Shown here piece after piece: positions 24,984-36,048 of a stretch of DNA of 64,000 nt. How positions within the stretch are numbered: the first letter of the stretch is position 1; each line of letters starts with the position of its first letter. The position numbers were made by a program, and so were the translations under genes. The notes under the pieces are model-generated. The model saw only the letters and a list, made by a program, of their open reading frames with translations. It was not told the DNA's origin and made no database searches. The stretch is from Phoronis australis (Eukaryota > Animalia > Phoronida), in the NCBI GenBank assembly GCA_002633005.1, contig NMRA01000580.1, forward strand, positions 1-64,000, given 5' to 3'.

Positions 24984-25145
24984 GCCATTCATGCCATAAA
25001 GAATGTGTGTGACCGTGAGAATGTTGTGATGAGTCAGGCGGCACTCTCGTGGCTACTGCAGCAACAGGGTGTGTCTTGTGTCATAGTTGGAGCGCGCTCA
25101 CCTGAACAGCTGGAGCAGAACTGTAAAATGGTCAAACTCAGCAAG
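24984..25145 (+). CDS. Aldo-keto reductase coding exon 7
   Basis: AIHAIKNVC...SQAALSWLLQQQGVSCVIVGARSPEQLEQN. Confidence 0.95.
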
Positions 25146-25686
25146 GTAATGGTCGCTGTTTTTCGGGTACTCACGCTTCTGTTGTATGCTTTAATATGGA
25201 CCCTTGTACGGTGTTGATATGTCAGGAATGAAAGTCAAATAAAATTAAATGAAACCCATTTGAATACACTCGAAAGATCCTTACGGAACTTGGCATAGAA
25301 ACTATCATGCTTCTTGCTAAGAATTCTATGCTGTATAAGCTGCACATGGTGTGTGCATATCTACACTCTGCATTGCTCTCGTCTAAAAACACCGTAAACC
25401 ACGGAATCTGAATCTTATTTGCAAAAATTATGTTGAAGCCTGCCAGACTTGCATCTAGAAGAACATTCATCATTACTTGATAGCAGACAGGACTTTGACT
25501 CACCAGTTAGAATGCAACCAACGCTTGTGAGAAACACCACCAGTCATTCATTCATTATCATTAGTCTAGATATTTCTATAATTCTATTTCACATTTTCCA
25601 TTTGTTGTCCCCTTTATCCACACGTGGTTCTATTTGGCTTAATGGAAAAGTAAAAAAATGCCTCTTTCTTAATATAGGCTCTGGAA

Positions 25687-26626
25687 CTCAGTCAGTGTTT
25701 GATGTGCTGCAGGATGTCCTGGCTGAGCTCAGTTAGTGTTCATTGTTTTAGATTGTCCTCGTTGAGCTCGGTCAGTTTTCATTATCTTGTAAGATATCCT
25801 AGCTGAGCTCAGTCAGTGTTCATTATGTTGTAAGATGTCCTTGTTAGATGAGTCAGTGTTCAGTACGGTGTAGGATGTCCTTGTTGACCTCAGTCAGTGT
25901 TCATTATGTTGTAGGTAGTCCTTGTTAGCTCAGTCAGTGTTCATCATGCTGTATGATGCCCTAAGTGGCTCAGTCAGTGTTTGTTGTGTTGTAGGATGTC
26001 CTTGTTGGCTCACTCAGTGTTCATTATGTTGTAGGATGCCCTCATGAGCTCAGTAAATGTTCAATATGTTGTGGAACGACCACGTTGAGCTCAGTCAGTG
26101 TTCATTATGTTTAGGATGTAGCTGTTGGATCATTCAGTGTTCATTATGTTGTAGGATGTCCTAGCTGAGCTCAATCAGTGTTGAACATGTTTTATGATGG
26201 CCCATTAGCTCAGTTATAGTTCATCGTGTAGGATGTCCCCGTTGAGCTCAGTAAGTGTTCAATGTGCTGTAGCATGCACTCTATAGCTCAGTCAGTGTTC
26301 AATATGCTGTAAGATGTCCTCATTGGTGCAGCCACTGTTTATTGTGTTGTAGGATGTCCTAGCTGAGCTCAGTCAGTTTTCGATGTTTTAGGATGTCCTC
26401 GTTAAATCAGTCAGTGTTCATTATGTTGTAGGATGTCCTCATTAGCTCAGTTAGTGTTCATTTTGTTGTAGAAAGTCCATGATAGCTCATGCAGTGTTCA
26501 TTTATGTTGTAGGATGTCCTTGTTAGCTCAGTCACTGTTTATTTGTGTTGTAGGATGTCCTTGTTAATAGCTCATTCAGTGTTCATTATGTTGTAGGATG
26601 TCCTTGCTGAGCTCAGTCAGTGTTCA
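25687..26626 (+). repeat. ~40-bp tandem array (~24 copies) made of the 3' splice site plus the start of the terminal exon
   Basis: Consensus ctcagtcagtgttcattatgttgtag|gatgtccttgYtgag; the last copy is the real junction at 26596/26597. Confidence 0.95.
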
Positions 26627-26698
26627 GAAGATGTCAAGAAGGCTCTAGGCCCAGTGGCTGACCTTTGGGGAGCAGACGAAGAAAACAGAATCTGCTGA
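26597..26698 (+). CDS. Aldo-keto reductase terminal exon
   Basis: DVLAELSQCSEDVKKALGPVADLWGADEENRIC*; gives a 1023-nt CDS (340 aa). Confidence 0.85.
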   Translation, partial: DVLAELSQCSEDVKKALGPVADLWGADEENRIC

Positions 26699-27924
26699 AC
26701 ATGCTGCTATAAACACAGTGATGATCCGCTCTTGGCTTTTTTCGGCTCGTTTCCAGTTCTCCTAATAGTTCGAACAGGAACTACTAGGCATCTGTAAGCC
26801 TCAGTACCACTTCACACTCAAGGACTGATTTAAAATCACCAATTCTCCCAGCAAAGTGTGTAATTAAATGTGTTACTGTTAACAGTAATCCAAAGTTTGT
26901 TTATAATTTCATTGTGCCATAACTTAAGCTGTTTTCTGCAGATGTTCATAATCAGTATGAATCACCATGTGGATCCTATTAGTTTGTGGTCAGAGACCTA
27001 TTATTGGGATGGCTTGTATTTACCATGTCCTGGCTGTACACCCATCAGAAAACAATGTACCTTTGCTCCTGAATGTTTAATTAGGTGTTTGGCGCCACCT
27101 GGGGATTATGAACAACATCAACCAAGACTATTATTCAAGACTTTCTGGGATTGAAGTAAAGTGCTTTTAATTTCCCAAAAATGTTATTCATATAAATTCA
27201 TGATTATTTTGGTAATTATATTTTTGTTAGGAAATTGATTTCAACTTTTTTCCTTATTCAAATTATATGATTATATGATTTTACGGAAACCAAATGATGG
27301 TTCACTGTTGCTTGACACTGGTCCATTAAGTTGCTTCTCAGGGGAAGAGGAGTTAGTTTCAGGGTCAGTAGAGCTGAAAGGGGAGAATTCCAAGGGTTTC
27401 ACTGTAAAGAGTTACATACAAACAGAGCATCTGAACCAATCTGGTTACCTTTCTTTGGAAGTGCAAATTTGCTCAGTGTGAAGAAAGTTGATATTTTTAA
27501 CACCAGAGCATGGTTAATAGCTTTAAAGTGAAATATCTTACAATCTAAAGTTGATTACCTTAACTTTGTTGATTATTGATGGGGGGGAACAATGTATCGT
27601 GGATCTCAATGTAGACATGTTGTCATTCAACTTGATCAGGTGATCACAAGTGGTGCTTTGGAGTTGTGTGTGTGCTAATAAACCGGTGGTATGCGAATGA
27701 AGTGTTTTGCTTGGGTGATCCAGGGATATAGTTAGCCACTCGCCTGCCCAGTTGCCAATGCGACTATGAAGGCGCAGGGCAGGTTACCCATGTGACGAGC
27801 GAATTTTCCAAGTGGTTAGGCACGCTAATCATACTTCTGTGTGGAGTTCATGTCTCTTCACTGGTGTTTAATGAACATTAGTCTTGTTGCAAAACAGACA
27901 ATAACCATGTTTCTAGTGAAGCAT

Positions 27925-28680
27925 CATTATGCGCCCACATATAAATATGTTGTCACCCCTGTCTGTCGTCCAGCGTCCTCTGCTCTGTCCCCAAAAGCCT
28001 TTGGTGTATGTTCATGAACTTTTGGGTATTTGTTCCTTTTGTATGGTTGGGATAGCATGAGCAAATTTTCGGACAGATCCAACTACCGGTGTGCCCCTTG
28101 GTTTCCTTTATATTTGTTCAAAGGTGCTCTACGGATTTTCATAAAATTTAGCCATTAGGTATCTATTAGTGATATGACGCTACCTTCCAGTTTTTGGATT
28201 GTTTTGAGTTTTGTGTCACATAGTGCCATCTGGTGGTCATTATGAAAATCATTCTTAAAATTTAAAGATGTGTTCTTGATGAAAAGACCTAGTCTGGCGT
28301 TGATTTTCGAATGTGTTCGACTACTCTGTCACCCCTTAGCGGCAATTTTATTGTTTACGTTTGCCTCTGCCTTCAGAGTTCCATGGTGCTTTCTCATAAA
28401 GTTTGGCCAAATTAGTTTCTATTCTGATGATAACGCATTTTCTTTTAGTGATGGATTCGACGTATTGTGCATCAAATAGTGGCCATTCTAGTTATTTTAG
28501 TCGTTTTTTTGTCGTCTGCTTCTGTATCTGCCAAACTGTGCACATTCGCCGATGTGTTCCTATACTTTCAAACGGGACCAACTCGTGTGGTTCCCCATGA
28601 CATTTTAAGTCATTGCGTAGGGCTCAAATTTTTAGTGGGCTCTCGACTTTTTTAGGGCCAGGCTGGTCCGACCTTGTATG
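27925..28680 (+). mobile_element. Possible degenerate Helentron/HINE-like non-autonomous element
   Basis: 5' ctgtctgtcgtcc microsatellite remnant, weak ~120-130-bp internal periodicity, short GC hairpin before cttgt. Boundaries approximate. Confidence 0.3.
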
Positions 28681-31587
28681 TTTTTTTTACTTTGCCTTGT
28701 GCCCTAAAGCGACTCGGCGCGTTCTAAACGCACGTCGCCCTGGCAGGAGTGTGCTTATTGCAACCTGGCCGAGACTGGTCAGTGATCGAAATGCTCTACA
28801 TGCCGACCATACCAGCTAGACAATAGGCTATTTGCAAGCACTTTTTAGGCCGTGACGTACACACATGTCGCACATTGCAGCCCGAGCACTGAGTTGTCAG
28901 CGATGTGGGCTTGTAACCTCATTTGTCAAAGACATCTTTCATTTGGGGTCCGGTCTGCCGCACCGTGGTTCGCGCCACTTCAGTCTAAGGACGTAAATCT
29001 GAATACCTCATTACGCCGATACTAGTATGATCGACGGTGAGAAACTATGAAAATGGTAAATCAAAAAAAAAACTAACTTGGCAATTTACTATGGCAGTTT
29101 GTTTCATCAAACTGTCCGCCCTGAGCAGCCAGTGAAAAAAGTTTTCACTCCTGCAACAATGTGGAGAATTTCTCAATGCCACGGGTCACCGCTCAGATTC
29201 CCTTAGCCCCAGACAACTTTTACTATGCCTATTCAGCACGCCCTTTGTACTGATGTAGATCTGAGCTAATGAAGTGGAAAGATAATAGCTAGCATTATTA
29301 TGTCAACAATTGTTGTTGTTAGAAACGCCAATTTGGTTTTCTCTGACATTTGCTGTTACAGCGGCCTGCAACTCTGGAGAGTAGCTTTAACTTGGTACCG
29401 GTACATTATAAATATTACAAAATGACTAAAAAGGTTAACTTGTGTTTATCTTCACAAAGGGCCACTTCCCAAAGGAACGATGTGTTTCATATTGGTTTTC
29501 TTTATTTAATTTGAATGCTTCTGCCCATTTGTTTTTTTTTTTTCAGGAACTGGTTGATAACTTTTTATCTAAGTTTTAAACTTAAAGTACCAAAACAGTG
29601 ATAGATTTTGATCACCAGCGAAACTTAGTTAAGTCCATTGTGAGCTCATCCCTGAACTTTCCACATTACGGGCACACTAAACATTTCATTAAAGTTTAAT
29701 TTTCATTAGTAAGAACTCTTCATTAGAACTCAAATCATCAGTAGAATATATACAAAAGTGCAAACGTGGTGATAACCAAACTGAAGACTTGGAATTTTAT
29801 TGGCACTGACTAGACTATTCTAGCTTTTTGTCAGTAATAAAAAATTGTAAGTGGGCACAAGTTAAGTACAACTGTTTCCTGGTCAAAAATCTGGTTAAAC
29901 CAGATTGAAAGAATATTAAATTATGAATCCATGTCTATGTGATATCGTTAACTCTGATCAGCGTTTGTATATCCACCGAGTACATCAATACCCGCGGTAG
30001 TCTATCTTCAATCGAATCAATGGTTGTAGTTTTTGGATTATTATTTTATCGATTTTTAAAAAACGAAAACCGTACTTGGTTGTTTTTTCCAGCTGAATGT
30101 CGCCGTGGCGAAAATCAGTGGTTTGCATTTTGAAAATTCGCCATTATGTACAGTCAGAGATGTGTACAACAGTTTATGGTCGGGTTATTACACTTAACTG
30201 GGTCTTGCTCGTATCGGGCAATCGGCGGTCATCACAACCGTACCTGACTCAGCGCTGTCGTTTGATACTGGTAAAAGCCGCTCAGGAGGACGAGCGCCCG
30301 TGAAAATTCCCGCGTTTCTTTAAAAATGCGTGACTTCCTTGTAGGCTAAGTGTATTATTCACGGTATGCATTTCTGTCGGCATCAACCTTTAACTTAAAG
30401 GTGGAAAGGTGCCCCATGCGTTGTTCTATTAATAATTATTCGACCTGCATCGAACCATTTGATCCTATTTTAGAATGGATCTGTGCCTCTGTGTAATCGC
30501 GATCAATAATTAGCAAAGTCAGCCCCTGCCAGGGCCAGACCACCCCCGGGCTCCTGACAGGCTCTCAACGGCCCCGGTTGAGATTCCCGAACCCTGCTGA
30601 CGTCACATTGCTGAGTCAGGGACCTGACATCCACGTTTTGTGGTCAGCCGCTGATCCAAAGCAGCATGGCAACAGTACAGAGAGGAGTAAACGGATCACC
30701 GAGTAACAAGACAAGGACTTTCCTCAGAATAATGCCACCTTTGATCCGCGACCATGTGGTAACTGTGCCGTTTTCATTTCTTAACCGATAGGGGTCATAA
30801 CCCGTGCATGTTCAGGCAAAACTGCCAGAGTGGATTGTCGTGGTAACAAGAAATAATTGATACTGCCCCTAGACGTTAGATGTCAGTACTTATATAGAAA
30901 ATGCAATGTACGAAATGAATTTGATTGTGGGTTGAAGGTCAACAGGCATGTCACGTGAGTGAGAAAAGTAGCCAGTTCCTAAGTTCACTGTGATGATGTT
31001 ATGACGGTGTAATATGATCGTAGTGTGGCAAAAGAGACAAGGTGTCCGTTTTGCCCCATCCTTTCCTTTGTAAAAATAATTTTCAACATGCCGCAGAAAT
31101 AGATACGAACGTCTACAATGAAGAAATGTGTTGGAAAGTGAGGACATGGAGATAGCTGCGGTTACTAATAAGAGGGATGAGCTAAAACGTCTTCACGTCA
31201 TTTTGGAATACCCAGAAATACTATGAAGCGTAGATTCAAAGACCAGAACGTTCGAATTACACGAGTTTTCAAGTGTGGTGACCGTTTTACAACCACATTG
31301 GGGTAATTGTGGTTTCATTATAATAGTCGATATACCATTATACAATTACATTCGATAGCGCACACAAATTTTATATTTAAAAATTAAGCTTTAAACATAC
31401 AATATTAACTGTAATAAATAAATTTGCATTTCAGAGCACCTTTACACAAGCAGCACTAATTACTGGAGTTTGAATTATCGAAGGAACAACGTTTGGCACT
31501 GGCATTAACAACAACCGACTTCTTGCTGTCAAGATTGTCGTTTTATCCGCTTATTCTCTCGTTCTCGAGAACAAGACTCTCTTGTAA

Positions 31588-32336
31588 GGCCTTTTCATAC
31601 TAACTTAGCTGACGTCGGAGTTAACGGCAGGTGACGCTGTTGTCATCGAAGTAATCCTCGCTGGTTCCTTGCGTGTTGACTGACCACACACAGGTATCAT
31701 TCAGTAGCACGCGCTTTATCACTGGTTGGTGTAACCTCGGCAGTCATTGGTTAGGTTTACAACAAAGAGAGAAAATGGCACACTGTGAACGATTTTTAGC
31801 CTTGTCATGCAAGTGGCGGAGCAGCAACTATTTCGTTTCTGCAGTGATGTTTCATAGCCGCGTGCTTGAAGCACATACATGAACAATAAACACATATATG
31901 GCCGTTTTAACAGGTGTGGTATTCATATACTGCATTAATACAGGACAGCAACGTAAACAAAATCAGTGATAGTAGAAAGATGCACTCCGAAAAGGCACAA
32001 CCACAAATTTCTGGGATTCACATTTCTTGAAAATGAATTAAGCACCGATTTGTCTGTGCAACAGACCACATTTACTATACTTGCTCCATCAGTCATGCCA
32101 GTTTGATTGCGTAAAGCGCTACCTGTTGAGAATTCAACCAGCGAATCAGAAACGCCCATGTAAAAAATTTCAGAAGAAAACCAAATGGTACCTGCGCGTG
32201 TTCTCTGCCACCTAGCGACACGCAGGGAACCCGACCAGCGAGCGAAGTAAACGCAATAGCAGTTGACCGCCGACGCTGTTATAAATCCACATGTTTGCTG
32301 TGAAGTTATAACTGGCGCTGTTAGTATGAAAAGGCC
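31588..32336. mobile_element. PIF/Harbinger-type MITE (749 bp)
   Basis: Perfect TIR ggccttttcatactaac / gttagtatgaaaaggcc with TAA on both sides. Confidence 0.85.
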
Positions 32337-33619
32337 TAAGGCAATTTCCATCTCTCTAAGAGGGAGCAAACTTGAATATTCTTTGACATGAAAAGACGAT
32401 TCACAGTTGTCTACTACCCCACCACTAACCTGCATAATGACCCCCCNNNNNNNNNNNNNNNNNNNNCCCCCCCCCCCCCCCAGACCGGCGTCAATCATAG
32501 TTTTTAATTCCTCGTGGAGATCTAGGCCTACTAAAGCACAGTAAGAACATTTTTAATAATAAGAATCACTGAGACAGGCGGGCTCAGAGCTCGGGTGACG
32601 GAGTCCCTACATTTGTGACACGGCAAATAGTCACGATGGGTGACGTAGTTCCTACACAAGCAATGTGCACAAAAGCTTCTCTCATTATAAAGAATTACAC
32701 TGTAGGCCGCCTTTCACAAATATGTAGAGCGATAATCTTACAGGAATACCTAGTTTGACGTGCCGTACAACACCCGTAGTGTCGGTAGGCCTGAAAGTAA
32801 ACAGAAGCTGAGCTCTAATATGTCCTTTGATTACAATTACATAGCACCACAATGTCACATTACACACAGACTATATAATGTACCGTGCTTCTATCGTGAA
32901 AGTAAATTGTAGCCAAACTGTAGTAAATACTCGTTAATTGTAACGTTCCGCGCGTCGTGAATAGCAAAAATAACTACTAGCCCCTGAGGTGTGCAGTTTG
33001 AATCGTGACCAAACTAGATATTTCAACACTTTTGTAGTTCAGGTTCATTAACCTGCTGATAAATCGATTTTCACCTGCAGAAGATTGCTACTTAGGACCA
33101 AGCTTGCTTGAATCATATCATAGAACTTAAGCTGACATGTTCATGTCATCTCTGACTAACGGGTTCCCGTGTCTACATCCCATCTGTATCTAACTTTGGC
33201 ACTAAGCCTACAAGCGCTTAAGCTTGCATACCTTATCACATTAGTCAAACACTCCCCGAGCGTTTATGTCACCACTGTTTCAAAGCTCAACGTTTTTGCG
33301 CATATGACTTATCTGGGACGTCATATTTTTCATTTAAATTTAATTAACACTCCCACTAAACGTATGCTGGGCATTGATAATACCTGATAAAATTTGGTAC
33401 ATTGCCACGGTACAGAGAACAAAACTCTGTTGCTCAGTTTTTCGACAGACAATAATATCCTTGAAATTGTACAGTTTTAGTCACAATGAACATGAAGAAT
33501 ATATTTTCGGTGGCGTAGTCTTTAGAATGGACATTGCAAAGGCAATGAATGAATTAACCAGCAGTAATCATGGTGACGAGGTCTGCCACTTGCAATAATT
33601 AATCAAAATACAAGTAAGT

Positions 33620-34125
33620 TATAGTCACGTAGGACCCTATAGATGAGAAATATTCAAATTTGGCTTACTTCGAAACACCATGTGTCCCAAATGGCCGAAT
33701 CCATTCTTATGACACATAATGCATTGTGCCTTAAAACTCGATCAGCATCTTTTCAAAATGTTCCACTTTTGCATGAGGAAGTAACAAAAATATCACTATT
33801 ATGATTTTTATTAAAATAATCAAAACGAAAACGAAAAGATAATTTATAAAACAGTAACAACTTTTTTGAGATTTCATCCTGAACATTTATGTGGTCATGT
33901 CATAAATACCGTTATTTCGCTATGAATGCGCCAGTCGTTTTCTCCAAATTTCATTAAAAACACGTGATCACCTGTCTTGTTTAATAGAAGATTGGTATAA
34001 AGTGAATAGGCCCTACCCAATTTCACAAGCTTTCTACTTTAAGAAATGTGAATATTTCTCTTGAGTTCAAATCTATAGTTTTGTAAACTATATATTGAGC
34101 TGAATACTCAGGGTCCTACATAACC
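33620..34125. mobile_element. Degenerate MITE related to 22457-23293
   Basis: Ends gtcacgtaggaccct ... agggtcctacataacc|ttaa. Confidence 0.5.
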
Positions 34126-34299
34126 TTAAATGTAAGTCGATTTTATTTCCCTCGCTAATTTGCCTAAATTTGTGAACCTGAGAGCTTTACGTACGTAGAC
34201 CATGTCCGTGGAATTCAACGGATAGGTCTGACATGAAAAAATTATTTTGCGATGACACTGCGATATGTCATGACACCTTTTGGAAACAAAACATGTTAG

Positions 34300-36048
34300 T
34301 CACAAATCACATTTTTTCAACCACTGTTGACACTTTCGCGAAGCTCTCTTCTTAGCTTCTTGTCTGTATTCGTATTCATCCTCACTGAATTCGTCTCCAC
34401 TCATCATTATGGGGTTGGCGAATCGACTGTCATAGCCCTGGGGAGTTATTTGAAAAGACTCTTCTCTACGCATGAATGAATCTCGACAGTGGTTATTTGT
34501 GACATTTTCGAACTTCATAAACGATAAACGCGATTCTTTACGCGTTCTTGTGGTAAACATTGCAGTTTCTGGAATACTGTCGTGTATCGCTTGAATTTTT
34601 GTTGACGAAATGGGTGGTATTGGTAATCGTGATCGTGTCGGCTGCTTCGGTAATATTGCTGCATCATTGTTTCTTGAACGCAGTCTAACGGGGCGCTTAA
34701 ATTTCTCGGAAGTATTCGATATGAATAGACCCTTAGTGCGATTGAGGACACTTTTATCGGATGCGTCGTCTTCCGACATAGAAGAGTTTATTTGAGTATT
34801 GCACTTGCAAAGAACGCTGTCTTTTTGAACATCTTTGTCGCTATCCAAAAACAGGCTTTCGCTGGCTTTATCGGATATTGAATTATTGTTATTCGAATCT
34901 TCGTTGTATTTATCCGTACATGACAAACTGTCATTGGCACTGAACGTTAAACCACCTTGAACCAAGTTTTCCTCGACACACGGGTTGTCATTCGGGCGAA
35001 TTTGAGGGAGGAGCGCCATCTCTTTACGTGTCTCGTCAAGTGCCAGTTTGGCTTCCTGAGACATTCTCGAAAACACTCTTACGTCGCTTTTACGCTGCCG
35101 TAATCGTGAGTTTTTCCTGATTTCTTTACGACCCCGACTGTCCTTCCTAGAGGTCTCATGTTCCTTATTATGGACATCCACGCGAGGCCCAAGCTGTCGC
35201 TTTACTCCGCTAGTTTCTGCCAAAGAAATCATTTTTCGTTTATTCAGAAGTCTGTTGGGCCTATCACATGCTTCACGTAGCGTTGAGAAATGTTTTCTAA
35301 GCTTGTCTTTGTTCGAGCTATCCGAATGTTTATCAACAACGTAATATTTGCTGTACAACTCCTGTCGCTGTTGAACCGAAATCAAAATTGACTGTTCGCA
35401 TCCAGCGTTAATCAATGGTTGTTCATAGATTTTATTGAACTTCTTTACATAAGGTTTATCCACTGGAAGAGTCTTGTGTGAAATCTTAAGCATCGATTCG
35501 TCATTGACACCCAGGATTAGCGGAGATTTACGACATGTATCACGATGTGAATTTTTTCCACCGGTCGATTTCTTGTACTCCGCACCATCTGGCCAAGAAC
35601 CTCTTCGAAGTGAGCGATACAGCTGTGGATAACATGTCCTGGAAACGTTTTTAAAATCTAATTCCTTCGGAGGACTGCTAACGTCGCGTTCCTCGGGGCG
35701 CTTACTTTTGTGCGCTGAGTATCTTGATTTTCCTGAGTCAATAACGTGTGTTTGTTTTTCTAGATCAGTGGCCTTACCGTTGACAGTCAAAGCCCAGTCT
35801 ATTGAGACGATATCACTCCCGGGAATATCACTACTGTGTTGACCAACCACGGGCCGCAAACGTTTGTCGGCTGCTGTCCTTAACAACGAACGATTATCAC
35901 CGTCCTCTGTCCAAGAGCGCGTCTTGTAAAAGTAGCAACATTCTGAGGGTTCCTCTCCGTCAACTGTGATTAAATCCAGACTGCGTGGCAGCTGGCCTGG
36001 GGCAGCCTCATCACCGACTGCAAGTTTTTGTTGACGAAGACTGGCCAT
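34300..36048 (-). CDS. Uncharacterised 582-aa protein, single coding exon, S/K/R-rich and probably disordered
   Basis: 1749-nt uninterrupted ATG-TGA ORF in AT-rich DNA; no recognisable enzyme or transposase motif. Confidence 0.8.
   Translation of the reverse strand: MASLRQQKLAVGDEAAPGQLPRSLDLITVDGEEPSECCYFYKTRSWTEDGDNRSLLRTAADKRLRPVVGQHSSDIPGSDIVSIDWALTVNGKATDLEKQTHVIDSGKSRYSAHKSKRPEERDVSSPPKELDFKNVSRTCYPQLYRSLRRGSWPDGAEYKKSTGGKNSHRDTCRKSPLILGVNDESMLKISHKTLPVDKPYVKKFNKIYEQPLINAGCEQSILISVQQRQELYSKYYVVDKHSDSSNKDKLRKHFSTLREACDRPNRLLNKRKMISLAETSGVKRQLGPRVDVHNKEHETSRKDSRGRKEIRKNSRLRQRKSDVRVFSRMSQEAKLALDETRKEMALLPQIRPNDNPCVEENLVQGGLTFSANDSLSCTDKYNEDSNNNNSISDKASESLFLDSDKDVQKDSVLCKCNTQINSSMSEDDASDKSVLNRTKGLFISNTSEKFKRPVRLRSRNNDAAILPKQPTRSRLPIPPISSTKIQAIHDSIPETAMFTTRTRKESRLSFMKFENVTNNHCRDSFMRREESFQITPQGYDSRFANPIMMSGDEFSEDEYEYRQEAKKRASRKCQQWLKKCDL

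Noticed and set aside
25687-26626. CRISPR-like appearance of the 36-45-bp arrays (also 18260, 23929, 49023, 52830)
   Set aside because: Units are contiguous with no unique spacers, there are no cas genes, and the context is eukaryotic introns and UTRs
31935-32498. 187-aa minus-strand ORF
   Set aside because: Crosses an N gap and a poly-C run, mostly lies within a MITE, and has no recognisable motif
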